Below, in pieces: positions 1 through 12,060 of a stretch of 33,627 nucleotides of DNA. The notes beneath the pieces were generated by a model. That model was not told the origin of the DNA. It saw only the letters and a program-made list of their open reading frames with translations, and did not search any database. Every line of letters starts with the position of its first letter. Position 1 is the stretch's first letter. A program made the translations under genes and the position numbers. This DNA is from Chiloscyllium plagiosum (lineage: Eukaryota), in assembly GCF_004010195.1 (NCBI RefSeq), contig NC_057719.1, positions 70,339,728 through 70,373,354 on the forward strand, written 5' to 3'.

Positions 1-327
1 AGGTTGAAGTTAGAAGGGCAGAAAGAGAGAAATAGAGTTTCCACATAGCTCACTGTTGAACTCCTAACTAGTTCTGGACTGAACTGAAATGCTCAGCTGG
101 AGAGCTGACCACTCCCCTTTCGTTATACAGGTCATTTCTAAAACATGACCACTTTGGCCTGAATTCTCATCTGTTTACATGTAAAGAAAAAGGTCTCGCA
201 ATACTCTTTCATCTCTATACCAAGCCAGTCTAATTGGAGCTGGGCCCGTTTACGACCCCTCTGAAAAAAAATCAAGTATCCTTGAGAAAAGGAACAGCTT
301 TTAGAAAAAGGGACTAGCTTTTTGACA
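1..327 (-). mobile_element. Probable LTR fragment, cut by the window edge
   Basis: Sharp boundary at ...TTTGACA (TGTCA on the minus strand, a typical LTR start) against an old CR1. No internal retroviral sequence is visible. Confidence 0.4.
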
Positions 328-369
328 CTATTTTACATCCAAATTCTCTCAATACAAAAATAAAATTTG

Positions 370-685
370 AATAGACATCCTAATTGCTGTACCTGCAAAC
401 TAACGTTTTGGGATTCATATGCTAGGACACTCAGATCTCTCTGCATATCAGAGCTCTGCATTCTCTCATCACTTAGATTCTTTTTTTATTATTCTTATAG
501 CCAAAATGGCAGTTTCACATTTTCATACCTCCATTTTCCAGATCTTTGACTGCTCAATGAACTAATATATATCTCTTTGTACCTTGCTTATTCCCTCTTC
601 ACAGCTTACTTTACAAACTATCTTTGAGTCATTAGCAAATTTAACAACAGTACTTTCTGTCTCTTCATCCAAGTCATTAGTGTAG
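370..685 (-). mobile_element. Old, decayed CR1 LINE RT fragment
   Basis: Collinear similarity to 11140-11430 and to CR1 RT antisense motifs (tcattagcaaattt, tcatccaagtcatt). Confidence 0.7.
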
Positions 686-903
686 TAGAGGTATTGCTAG
701 TGGAACCTCTCTAATGCTCTATGTGTGCCATCTGATACATAATCTCGTTTACCCAACAATGTAAGAATGTGGTGACAACTGCGGCTACAGCAGTGTACAC
801 TCAACCTTTGTTGAGTTATGGAGGTCCTTGTCATCAAGCACTTATTGTCACAATTTGTTGAATCATGAGTTGGCACAGTTGGTACAGTGCAGGGTCTCCT
901 CAC

Positions 904-961
904 CAGTCGTGACTTTTTGAATGCAACACTCTCAAAGTGCTCAATATATTCCAGAGTCTCT
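904..961 (-). pseudogene. Exon E18 (58 nt, or a terminal exon extending to the stop at 697)
   Basis: TTTCTTTCTTGCTTCAG| A+ETLEYIEHFESVAFKKSRL |GTGAGG. The same frame stays open through ORF 697..903. Confidence 0.62.
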
Positions 962-967
962 CTGAAG

Positions 968-1160
968 CAAGAAAGAAATTGCTGGAAACACTCAGCAGGT
1001 TTAGAAGTATCTGTGGAGAGAAAGCAGAGTTAACGGTTTGGGTCCAGTGACCCCTCTTCAAAACTCTGCTTTCTCTCCACAGACATTGCTAGACCTGCTG
1101 AATTTTTTTCCAGTAACTTCTGTTTTTGTTTCTGATTTCCAGCATTCACAGTTCTTTATT
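968..1160. mobile_element. Penelope-derived inverted-repeat (hairpin) element
   Basis: Arms 975-1031 and 1062-1120, with a perfect 22-bp core (1010-1031 vs 1062-1083). The loop carries a degenerate hammerhead on the minus strand. The same arm recurs at ~12500-12563. Confidence 0.75.
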
Positions 1161-1854
1161 TCTTATTACTAAAGCTTCTAAGTTAGTCAATGAGACTTAA
1201 GGACAGATCATCCTTATTTATTACAACATGACAAAACTCAATATAATCCCTAAAGAAAGATATAAGATTCCACATTTAGCACATATATGTAAAGTTCAGA
1301 TGCCAAATGTGTTATCAAAGGACATATGTTTTCAAATTAAAATAAAAGTGAGAAGTGAAGCAACTAATGCACAAGTATGTTTATTTCTTATGATTGAACT
1401 AGAAGTTGGACAGGAATCCAGAGAAGTGTTATTTTTCTGAATTACAATGTGCCATCTTTTTAAGTATCATTTTGAATGGAAATATTCCCTGCCTGTGTAG
1501 GATCAATGTAATGCATGAACATTCATGTGTATTCATGAATACACAAGGGCCAGCATACACCAAAGCTCACCCAGCTGTAAATGCAAATGAATATCTTTGG
1601 CACTTTCTCTCATTATTTTGCATTTATTTAAATGTCAGACAAAATCCCACTGATGCTAAAGTAAAATATCCCTGAACTTTAGAATAATACAAGGAAGATG
1701 AAAAACATTTCAAGGGTTTAGCATTCCATTTTGATTGGCCTTTGCACAACAAATTTCAAAAGTTTTGTATCTTTTATATTTCATTGATTATCTAAAATAC
1801 TGAAGATTATAGCTATCATGCATACACACTAATTTGAAGCTCCCACTTTTGTTT

Positions 1855-2795
1855 CTCTGGCTTTGGCTCAGTGGTAGCACGAAAGATTCAACATATACCA
1901 AGGCTGATACATCTGTGCGATACTGAGGGAGGTGCCATCTGTCACGTTAAACCGATGTCCCTGCTCTCTGCCTTACCTGCAGATAACCAATCCCATAGCA
2001 CAATTTAAAAGCAGGCCAGGTGATTTCTCAGTCACTTGAACAACATTTATCTTCAACCAATGCCTAATGATCTGGTGATTCATGAATTGATGTTGTAGAA
2101 ACATCGAAAGTCAGACCAGGGGTATACTGATTGACCCCTCAAGACTGCTCTGCCATTCAATATGATATGGCTGATCATTGAGCTCAATATCCTCATCCTG
2201 CCCTGTCCCTGTATCATGTGATTCCTTTAACCACACCAACTATATATAACTCCTTCAAGAAAACAGAATGTTTAGGCGTCAATCGCTTTCTGTGGTAGGG
2301 GATTATACAGACTCACAACACTCCAGGTGAAAAAAATTCTCACCTCAGTCCTAAATCATTTACCCTTTATCCTTAAACTATGACCCTTGATTCTGGATTC
2401 CTCCATCATAATCAAAAGACCGCCTGCATTTAACCATGTCTCGTCCTGTTAGAGTTTTATAGGTTTCTAATGCAATTCCATCCCCACTCAGTCTTCTAAA
2501 CTCTGGTGGATACAATCCTAACCAACTCAATCTCTCCTCATACTTCTTGTCTGTCATCTGAGGAATCAATTTGGTAAATCTTTCTCTGGCCTCACCAATG
2601 CCATGTACGGTTGTAGCAAGACATCCTTGTTCTTGTACTCAAATCCTTTCACTCAAATCCCTCAAATTCATATAGTTTACCTTCTTTACTAGAGCTTATT
2701 GTGCGCAAATTAGCTGTTACATTTCAGACAGTACAGTGGTGGTTTCACTTAATTGGCTGTTCTATAACAGAAATGGAATCTATACTTTACTTTTT
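1855..2795 (+). mobile_element. Deu-domain SINE (SacSINE1-like) split by a CR1 insertion
   Basis: tRNA A-box TGGCTCAGTGGTAGCAC and Deu-like motifs (gctgata..tactgagggag, acgttaaaccga, atttatcttcaaccaa) at 1855-2094. The remainder (gcttattgtgcgcaaattagctg..attggctgt) is at 2690-2795. Confidence 0.7.
2095..2690 (-). mobile_element. CR1 LINE 3' fragment
   Basis: ORF 2378..2569 YEERLSWLGLYPPEFRRLSGD matches the CR1 ORF2 C-terminal motif YEERLxxLGLxSLExRRLRGD. A CR1-type 3' UTR follows. Confidence 0.85.
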
Positions 2796-2812
2796 ATGTC
2801 ATGTAATAATGA

Positions 2813-3070
2813 GGGCAGCACAGTGGCTTAGTGGTTAGCACTGTTGCCTCACAGCCGCAGGGACCCAGGCTCAATTCCAGCCTTGGGCAACTGTTTGTGT
2901 GGTGGAGTTTGCCCTGTGTCTTCATAGGTTCTCCCACGTTCTCCCTGTGTCTTCATAGGTTTTCTCTGGTTGCTCTGGTTTCCTTCCACGATGCAAAGAT
3001 GTACAGGTTAGGTGAATTGTCCATGGTGTTCAGGCTTATGTAGGTTAGATGCATTAGTCAGGGTAATAAT
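2813..3070 (+). mobile_element. HE1 SINE (3' truncated)
   Basis: tRNA head GGCAGCACAGTGGCTTAGTGGTTAGCACTG..CTCAATTCC and body matching five other copies in the window. Confidence 0.9.
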
Positions 3071-3139
3071 AGAAGCTGATTGTCTCTGGTTAGACTACCG
3101 CTGAAATATTGTGCACAGCAATGGTACCTCAACAGTTTA

Positions 3140-3475
3140 AAAATTCATTCAAGGAATCCACACTTCACTGACTGGACCAGCATTTATTGCCCATCTCTAG
3201 TTGGCCTTGAGAAGATAGTTATGAGCTGCCTTTGTGAAAGGTTGCAATCTATTTGGTGAGGGTATACCCATGAGGTTGTATGGGAGGGACTTCCATGATT
3301 TTGACCCAACAATAATGAAGAAACAATAACAAATATTTCTAAATCAGGATGGTGAGTAATTTAGAGGGGAGCTAGCAACTGGTAATGTTCCCGTGCATCT
3401 GCAGCCCTGCTCCCTCTAGATGGTAGGGGCTGTGGATTTGGAAGACATTGTCTTAGGATGCTTGGTAAATGCAAT
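3140..3475 (-). mobile_element. 3' end of a second LINE family (CR1/L2 group)
   Basis: Collinear with 27685-28010 (catttattgcc..ccttgagaag..aaatcaggatggtgagt). Confidence 0.8.
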
Positions 3476-3504
3476 CTTGGAAGGGGTTTATTATTCTTGC
3501 TAAA

Positions 3505-4155
3505 TCTGTGCTGTACTGTTTCCAAAACTATACCTGGATTCCAAGGGTTAATTTACAAAGAGAAAATATTCCAACTGGTCTTCTATTTATTGGAATTTTG
3601 AACATTAGGACATGACTTCCAAGTTTTCAAGGTATGAAAGGGAACTGAAAAAGAAACAATTGTTGCTGTTGCAACCTAAGACTGGGAAGGATAGAGTTCA
3701 AATTTCAGGAGTGAAATCAGGAAAAATCTCAACAAACCTAAAGTAGTTGCAATAAGATGAGGTCTAGACACATGTAACAGTGTTTACTAAAGATAGTTCT
3801 GTACAAACAATGGTTAGAGAGGATATCTTCTGGAAGCTTACTCAGACTCAGGCTTCAATACCATGTGATTTGTGGTCAGTAAGACATAGCTCCTAGTGAA
3901 TGAATTCAGTAACTATTCTTAGAGTAATGCTACAGTTAACCTTTTATTTCACAGGAGCAGAGGTTTAGAACTCTTCCACAAATTGACAATCGCTGCAAAC
4001 TCTATTCTTAATGTTAATAAAGGTTTTGATAGATTTTTGTTAACTGATAAGAAGGATGTTATGTAACTCAGTTTGTCAGTGTTAGATCATAGATCAACCA
4101 CTAAATAGCAGAACATGTTGAGGAACCTTGAACCTAATCATGGCTCCGATTTTAA
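3505..4155 (+). mobile_element. Very decayed CR1 3' end, interrupted
   Basis: Residual CR1 motifs (gttaatttacaaagag..ttggaattt, ttcaggagtgaaatcaggaaa, gatagatttttgttaac). Confidence 0.5.
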
Positions 4156-4194
4156 AGTTCCAGAGGTAGTCCTGTGACACTTCTGGTTTACTCA

Positions 4195-4440
4195 TTCAAA
4201 AGTAGAGTCCCAATAGTCTTACCAAACTATAGGGCTTCTCTCCCATTGGGGAGAGAGAGAGAGAGAGAAAGAAAAATGGTGTTAGTTTAATACGAGGGTC
4301 ACCACACCTTCAGTGAGGCGAGAGTTTGAGAAGTTAAGTCCTACATGGTAACCTCTGCTAGTCAGGAATTGAAGATATGCTGTTGCCTTTACTATACATC
4401 ACAGACTAACCATACTGTTAGCCAAGCTAACTGACCCATA
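4195..4440 (-). mobile_element. tRNA-derived SINE of a family other than HE1, with an internal (GA)n tract
   Basis: The minus strand begins GGGTCAGTTAGCT, has a B-box-like TTCAATTCC and the body GAGGTTACCATG..GGTGTGGTGACCCTC. (GA)n at 4250-4268. Confidence 0.65.
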
Positions 4441-4862
4441 TAGAGCTATCTAGATAGTTGATTAATCTATTTGAGGCAGGTTAATTAGTGGCTAGAAAGA
4501 CTATGTTAAGGCCTTCATTTATGGCTACTCCACGCCTATCATAGTCATTATACCGAAGTTATATATAGTATAGAGGGCACCTTTTACACATGTCACTCAC
4601 ATAAACAGGTAAAACAAAACTTAGCTAACAGCCTGTTAGGAAAGTAGCTTGACCTTAGGTAAATTATTTTACAGTGTGGCCACTGGCATAAGTTTTCTTT
4701 TCAAGGGTTTTACAATTTAGATGTTTTTCTCAGTAATTCTGGCTACTATACAAAATTTACTCTGGCTGAAGCACTTGTGATGACATATTTTCATGGAATA
4801 GTGCAGGATTTAAAAAACAAAATACTTTCAAGATAATTTTCATCAACTAAACTATTCCTCAC

Positions 4863-4886
4863 CTAGTAAATACTTCCTTTGGATAT
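4863..4886 (-). pseudogene. Micro-exon E17 (24 nt)
   Basis: ATTATTATTCAG|ATATCCAAAGGAAGTATTTACTAG|GTGAGG. Reads YPKEVFT, symmetric phase 2. Confidence 0.6.
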
Positions 4887-6134
4887 CTGAATAATAATGA
4901 TGTCAATCCTCAAATCTGATACTTTCTTTAGTAAATAAACACATGCACAAATAGAAACTGTCTTGCATCATTAATTTTCATCAAAATGACAAAATTCTTT
5001 AACTATTTGTTTACCACCTCAAATGCATAAAGAACAAGGTATTGCATTTGCCATCTCTTTAGAAGGTCTCCAAGTATTTCAAAATGAAACATTGGCTTTG
5101 TTGTCTGAGTGATCTGTGAATTTCAACTTTTATTTCTTTCTTTCTAAAGTTCATTCCAAGTTGCCTTTCATAATAACCCCCCAAAAATTACAGGGGCATT
5201 TACATTTAAAAAAAATTATTTTGGAAAGTGATAAATTATTTTTTTAAATAGACATCTCCATTTATTGAAAATGTTTTGAAGATGTTTAGTTTACTTACAG
5301 CATCTACTCATTATTTAATTAAGCCATTGATTGGGTTGAATATGGCTATTTATCATCCTTGAAATCATTATTTACTTTGGAGAATTACTTATATTGTAAA
5401 CTGGGTCCAAAGGCTCTTTCAAGTCAATACACTGGTAACTTAAAAGTAGGGGAGGTAAGTGTATTTACTGTACAATTTCGGCAATGGCCTGATATAAAAA
5501 TAATTCAAAATAAATTTTAGACAAAGTTCAGTTAAAGAGGACTCAGCCTGCTTCAACTTTTATGTGAACCTAAGCTGTGTGTTAGGAGCCAACTTTAAAA
5601 CCAATGCACAATTCTATATAATTACAGTCCTAAGTATCATGAATATGAATAAAATCTTGAAAAGTCACTAAGCATCCAATGCATGAGATATGTGTAAAAT
5701 TGGATGGTGACCTGATTAATAGCATAATCAAAGATCCAATAAAAAAAACATCTTGATCTAACTTTCTCAGAGTCAACAAAGGATTAATAAATCCATTTAT
5801 AGAAGTCATGACTTCTAACTTTTTTGATGGCTGAGCTTTACTCCCGTTGCCATAGTACCAAAACACCAGACAAAAACACTCAAAAATAATTATACAGAGA
5901 AAATGTAAGAATTCCCAATAAACAAACTAGTTTATAACTTTAAAAAAAACAGGAAGTTCATTTTTAATCTGTGTTTACTCTAATTGGTAATTAATTTCTT
6001 TCTACTTCTGGTGGTGCCTCTCACATTCTGATTTTTTTTGTAACTTGCAGGCTCATTCTTCTATGTAACAGCTTATGTCATGAATAATTTCCTGCCAGAA
6101 ATTTGTTTGAATGTCATTATCTAATTACATTCAG

Positions 6135-6300
6135 CAGTAACAGCCTGATGACTAGCCAATACCAGCGAGTGAATTGCAACAGGTCAAGAAGGCGGCTCAC
6201 TATAATCTTCACAAGGGAACCAGGGATGGACAGTAAATGTTGCCCATCATATTCATTATCACATGGAATGAGTCACATTCCATGAAAGATTCAAAGAAAT
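6135..6300 (+). mobile_element. Short 3' tail of the second LINE family
   Basis: ggtcaagaaggcggctcac..caagggaaccagggatggacagtaaatg is the reverse complement of the 27685-27790-type sequence. Confidence 0.65.
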
Positions 6301-6586
6301 CTTGTTTATGACAGAATTTTGAATGTTATCTCCATTCAGAATGATACTTTATTTCATAAAACATGTAGACAAGTTCACAGTTCATCCTGAGGTAAAAGAA
6401 TAATATGTTTTACTATGGATTTGTCTGGTCAGGTAAATTCAGGCCAGATCTCAAGGTGTTTCATCAAAGAGTGTTTAATTACTTGATAGACAGAATCTTG
6501 TAACAGTCATCACTGCCATAAGCTACTGTCATTCCAACCTTGTCGTGATGTATCTGACATGACCACTGGGCTCACTGTTGTTTTTT

Positions 6587-6875
6587 TTAAGATTAGATTC
6601 CCTACAGTGTGGAAACAGGCCCTTCGGCCCAATAAGTCCACACCGACCCTCCGCAAAGCAACCCACCCAAACCCATTCCCCCCTGACTAATGCACCTAAT
6701 ATTACGGGCAATTTAGCATGACCAATTCATCTGACCTGCACATCTTTGGACTGTAGGAGGAAACTGGAGCACCTGGAGGAAACCCATGCAGACATGGGGA
6801 GAATGTGCAAACTCCACACAGACAGTTGCGGAAGGTGGGAATTGAACCTGGGTCCTTGGCCACTGAGCCACCGTT
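6587..6875 (-). mobile_element. HE1 SINE
   Basis: Tail agattagattccctacagtgtggaaacaggcccttcggcc and full HE1 body. There is a small deletion in the tRNA head. Confidence 0.92.
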
Positions 6876-6929
6876 ATATTACAACACACCTCAGAGGCTC
6901 ATCTCATATTCCTTAAACCTTATCTGTAT

Positions 6930-7252
6930 ATCTAAAAGGGAGAAGCTGTTCTTGCTCTTACAAAGATGGAGAACCACTGTGACACAGTTTTAAAATATTT
7001 TGCAACACACACAAGTATGAGGCGAGAAAAAAACTCACACACACAGAGTGTAGTAAGAGTATGGAATACATTGCCCGGAAAAGTGAGGGAAGCTCATTCA
7101 ATTGAAGCATTCAAGAGGGCATTAGGTGATTGTTTAAACAGAAATAATGTGGAAGAATATGGTAAAAATGTAGATGATTGGTAATAGTCAAAATAATCAC
7201 AGAGCTGGTACAGCCATGATGGGCCAAAGGGCCTCCTTCTGCATTACGATGA
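6930..7252 (+). mobile_element. CR1 LINE 3' end
   Basis: ORF 6966..7184 TQSVVRVWNTLPGKVREAHSIEAFKRALG is the CR1 C-terminus. The 3' UTR contains gatgggccaaagggcctccttctg. Confidence 0.85.
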
Positions 7253-7827
7253 CAAGTTCCTGACACCTTAGCTGCATCACCCAAGGGTATAATAATCTCA
7301 TGTTCCATCTTACCAAGGAATCACTTGAATCATGACATTCTACTAGAACATCCTCTTAAATTGTAATCTAACAATGTAATGTTAGCCCAGACACTGATAT
7401 GCCTGCTATGCAATGTTTATATACAATAGTTAGCTGAATAAAAAATCTGATTTTTTTTCTGAACCATGCTATCCATGTCCAGTTTCTTACATTATAGGAG
7501 ATAACTTAAACATTGCCACTTCAGGCTAGCTGCAGTGGCCGTTTATAAAAAAAAGAACCACACTAAGATTTTGGTAGCAGTTATTCTGTAAACTAATTGA
7601 AGTCCAACTGGTCAACAACTTCCAATATCAGCGAATTTGGACAATCAGCAGCATTGGTTTCTGGAAGAACAACTGCACCAATCTGGATAAGGCATTGACC
7701 ATCAAAATCAAAATTAATTATTTTGGGTTTTACACTAAGCTTTTAAAGCTACAAGAAAATGCCTTTGTTAATTAAAAGTAAAAATGTCCAAGCTAAAAAA
7801 TATAATCAAATATAATCAATTGCATAC

Positions 7828-7870
7828 CTGGGCAATTTTTTACATTTCTGGGTAGATGCCACTGTGGTAA
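7828..7870 (-). pseudogene. Micro-exon E16 (43 nt)
   Basis: TGTTGCATTACAG| TT+TTVASTQKCKKLP+AG |GTATGC. Phase 1 in, phase 2 out, no stops. Confidence 0.65.
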
Positions 7871-7899
7871 CTGTAATGCAACAGATTATTTTGGAACAT

Positions 7900-8100
7900 A
7901 GTAGGCTATGGAGCACAAGTCTTCAGCGCTGTGGCTGGAATGTTGTCAGGGCCCATAGTCTTTGCAATATCCAATGCCTTCAGCACATTTTTTGATGTCA
8001 TGTGGAGTGAATTGAATTGGCCAAAGAGTGGCAGCTGTCATGCTAGACATCTCTGAAGGAGACTGAGATGGATCATCCATCTGGCAACTCTGCAAACAGA
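7900..8100 (-). mobile_element. LINE ORF2 fragment (second family)
   Basis: The minus strand encodes KTMGPDNIPATALKTCAP, the KAxGPDxIP motif that precedes the RT domain. Confidence 0.7.
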
Positions 8101-8218
8101 ATATTTCTTCTGTTGAGATCAATAGGCATTCTTTTGAATCATGTGAAGTATGTGTTTTGCAGTAGAGTTAAGTTGATCTCTGGTATTTGTCTTCAGAGCT
8201 GGTTGAGGTTCATTAACA

Positions 8219-9060
8219 TATGGGCCAATGGGCTGAGAAGTGACAGATGGAGTTTATTCATATAAATGCGAGGTGCTGTATTTTGGGAAAGCAAATCGTA
8301 GCAGGACTTATACACTTAATGGTAAGGTCCGAGGGAGTGTTGCTGAACAAAGAAACGTTGGAGTGCAGGTTCATAGCTCTTTGAAAGTAGAGTTGCAGAT
8401 AGATAGGATAGTGAAGAAGACGTTTGGTATGCTTTCCTTTATTGATCAGAATATTGACTACAGGAGTTGGGAGGTCATGTTGCAGCTGTACAGGACATTG
8501 ATTAGACCACTGTTGGAATATTGCATGCAATTCTGGTCTCCTTCCTATCGGAAAGATGTTGTGAAACTTGAAAGGGTTGAGAAAAGATTTACAAGGATGT
8601 TGCCAGGGTTAGAGGATCTGAGCTACAGGGAGGGGCTGAACAGGCTGGGGCTGTTTTTCCTGCAGTGTCAGAGGCTGAGGGGTGACATTATAGAGGTTTA
8701 TAAAATCATGAGGGGCATGGATAGGATAAATAGACAAAGTATTTTCCCTGGGATCGGGAAGTCCAGAACGAGAGGGCATAGGTTTAGGTGAGAGGGGAAA
8801 GATATAAAAGAGACCTAAGGGACAACATTTTCACACAGAGGGTAGTACGTGCATGGAATGAGCTGCCAGAGGAAGTGGTGGAGGCTAGTACAATTGAAAC
8901 ATTTAAGAGGCATTTCGATGGGTATATGAATAGGAAGGGTTTGGAAGGATATGGGCTGGGTGCTGGCAAGTGGGACTAGATTGGGTTGGGATATCTGGTC
9001 GGCATGGACAGGTTGGACCGAAGGGTCTGGTTCTGTGCTATACATCTCTATGACTCTATG
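8219..9060 (+). mobile_element. HER1/CR1 LINE, 5'-truncated young copy
   Basis: ORFs 8240..8791 and 8788..8979 (LYRTLIRPLLEYCMQFWSP; FTQRVVRAWNELPEEVV) with a 1-nt frameshift at ~8787. Tail (CTCTATGA)n. Confidence 0.95.
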
Positions 9061-9155
9061 AACATACTGTAGTAATTTTAAGAGCAATGAATGCTTCGCT
9101 ATTCAGAAATTAGAAATGTTGGCTTTTGTTGACATAATCTAAGTGTTTCCATATA

Positions 9156-9890
9156 CAGTTGTTCTCCTATAACGATGTGGTTGCATTCCAGCAAAACCCC
9201 ACTTAATAGAAAATTGTTTAATATAATCAATGGGGCCTATGGGAAAAGTGGGGTAGGGGGCAGACTATTACTCATGATCACTCAAAAATCACCGAAAAGT
9301 CTAATACAACGTATTGCACAGCCTGAAAGAAGGTATAAATCACATTTATCAAAGAAACAAAAGCAAAGTTTACATAGTACATTTAAAAAATATTGTTAAT
9401 GTAAGGACAGAGGTCATCATGGTGTGTAAGGTAGACTCCCTCATTCTTGTTAAATGAGCTATATCACATATTCTCTCCTTACTCTCAAACCGCTTTATCA
9501 TATTTAGTTTCTCTCCTTGTTTTATAGCCTTTCTTTTGAGTTCACCACCTGCAATTTTATCACCAAGTGCTTCTTGCTAACATTCTTTTCACTATGCCCT
9601 TCCATTTTTCCAAAAAGAAGGATGATCTAGGAATAGTGTACACTTCACAGGAGGCTACTCAATCTAGCTCTCTCAGATGGCTGCTCTCTGTACTGTCCCT
9701 CTCACAGGAAGGTGCTCTATTGGCAGCTGACATTGGCCCATCTGCAGAACAAAGCACGTGAAATGTTCACCATTGAAATTGTGCCATTGTGAACAGAGAT
9801 AAGCATTTTCAATAATACCATTCCTTAATTCCTCAGCAATGTTATAAGCAAATTGCACATGCGGAACATGCATTATCGGAGAATTATCTA
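9156..9890. mobile_element. Non-autonomous Tc1/mariner (Tigger-like) element, ~735 bp
   Basis: TA|CAGTTGTTCTCCTATAACG at the left end and the imperfect inverted copy CATTATCGGAGAATTATCTA at 9871-9890. No transposase ORF. Confidence 0.55.
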
Positions 9891-11583
9891 TTATGCAATT
9901 TAAGACTACTCTTAGCATTCCTTTCATTTTGAAATGTGCTCTGCCTGTGCCATGCAGTTCTTGCGAGAAGGTTATAGTTGCATTCTCTTTAACCCATTGT
10001 TCTATGTTTCAGATAATAGTTATGCTGGCCATATGACAAGTTTGACATTAGCTGGATGACTGTTAACCTGTATGATCTCTGCCACATCTGACTCACCTAT
10101 TTCCTCCAGGACTTGAGGAGTTGCATCTTCTAAAGGTGACACATCATCATACAAAGATATATTTTCTCCAGAAGCTATACCCTGACAGTCAAAGCTTTCT
10201 TATATAGATACTTCCTGTAAAATGTTAACTATTTTGCTTGAGTAAGAATTATGAGTTCTGTGGCTCAAAGTTGTTTTTGACTTTTGCATGTACTTTGAAA
10301 ATGTCCTATTTTCTTATGAAATTTGTAGTGGTGCAGTGTAAAGTTAGACATTCTTTCTGGTTGTATGGTTTTATTAAACTCCAATTCTGGAACACTGGTT
10401 CTAGTGTGAAAGGATTTGAAGACATTTTGTGTTGTGCTTTCACGTGATAAAGTCATTTTTTTACTTGAGAAAGGTGAAGAAAACTGGTGTTTTTTTTTTT
10501 GTAAAAGCAAGGTTGGCTGTCAGATCCCATAATTCTCTTGTGCTGATTTCAGATTTCTGTTCTGGATAGCTCCTTCTAGCGTGAAATCATCTTCTGATTA
10601 TAAAATAACTGAAAGAAATGTATCAAAAATTCTGATGACAATTCTGTTTTGAATAGTTCTGGTTGTAAATAACTGTAGTCATAAAATTCTTACAATGCAT
10701 AAAAATAATTGATAAAGTTGTCAACTGCTTCCCGTTGAAGCTATATTCTTCTATTCAGTCTTACTCTCTCCATTATATGATGGATTCCAAATCTCTGGTA
10801 ATTGTCAAATGCCCTTGCAATATTATCAAAGTCATCACTGTCTATCATTTTAAATCACAGTCTGCTACTGGACATGCTGAACAAAGAAGTGTGTTCATTT
10901 GTTCTTCTCTGAGCTTCTAATGTTGTCCTGAAGGAATTCTGTAAGTCATGAATTGTCTCCGATTCAAGACATCTGCTTAGCAAATTTTTGCTGCACTGCT
11001 TCTAATACATATAGATTTCTTTCTTAAAATAAGGATACCAATTCTACACACAGCAATCTAGATGTGGTCTCACCTTCACTCGGAAGGTCTGAAGAATAGC
11101 CTGAAGAATATTGTGTTAATTCTCCTCCCAATAAGATTCTACTAGCTTTCCTAACTACTTCTGTACGTACATACTAACCTATTTTAATAAATAACACAGC
11201 ATCTCAGTGCTTTGCAATCTATAACCATTTAGACAATATTGATTTATTTTACCCTTCCTGTCAAAATAGACAATTTCACATTTTCCTTGTTATTCTCGAT
11301 TTATCAGATCTTGCCCACTGACAAACTATCTACAGACCTCTCTCCTATCTTTATAACGTCTTCATAATTTTTTTTTAAAATCTAAATTTGTGTCAGCAAA
11401 TTTAACAACTGTACCTTCTGTCCAAGCCATTTATGTAAATCGAAAAAGGTTGAAGTCCCAGAACTGATCCCTTTGGCACACCACTCATGACATCATGCCA
11501 ACCTGAAAAAAGACCAATTACATAACAATGCATTGCTTCCCATTTGGCAGCCAATCTTCTTTACATGGCAAAATGTTTCCCTT

Positions 11584-11631
11584 ACATCTTGAGTTTTCAT
11601 TTTCCTCACATCTTGAGTTTTCATTTTCCTC
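11584..11631 (+). repeat. Perfect 24-bp tandem duplication
   Basis: ACATCTTGAGTTTTCATTTTCCTC x2. Confidence 0.95.
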
Positions 11632-11720
11632 ATTCATCTTTGATCTGGCTCCTTATAAAAGGTCTTTTGGAAATCTCAGTACATCCACAAATTCCCTTTT
11701 CTTTACAGTAAATGTTACTT

Positions 11721-12060
11721 AGAATATAGAACATAGAACAACACTGTAAAGGAACAGGCCCTTTGGCCCAACATATCTGCAACAGCCATGATGTCATTGT
11801 GAACTAATCCCAGCTGCCTGCAGATGATCTGTATCCCTCACTTCCCGACCTGTTCATGTGCCAACCTAAATGTCTCATAAACTTGCCACTGTATCTGTTT
11901 CCACCACCTCCCCTGGCAGTGTGTTCTTGGCTTCTATCATCCTCTGCATAAAAGACTTTCCCCATACATCTCCTTTAAACATCCTCCCCCTCTGTCCTTA
12001 AACCTATATCCTCCATGCATTTAGCATTTCTACCCTGGGAAAAAGACTCTGAGTATCAAG
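11721..12060 (-). mobile_element. Nested CR1 3' end
   Basis: Tail agaatatagaacatagaaca, hairpin acaggccctttggccca, and CR1 C-terminal coding sequence. Confidence 0.8.

Noticed and set aside
5630..5866. 78-aa minus-strand ORF as an additional exon
   Set aside because: I found no convincing splice boundaries, and E16 and E17 already join in frame without it. It is not fully excluded.
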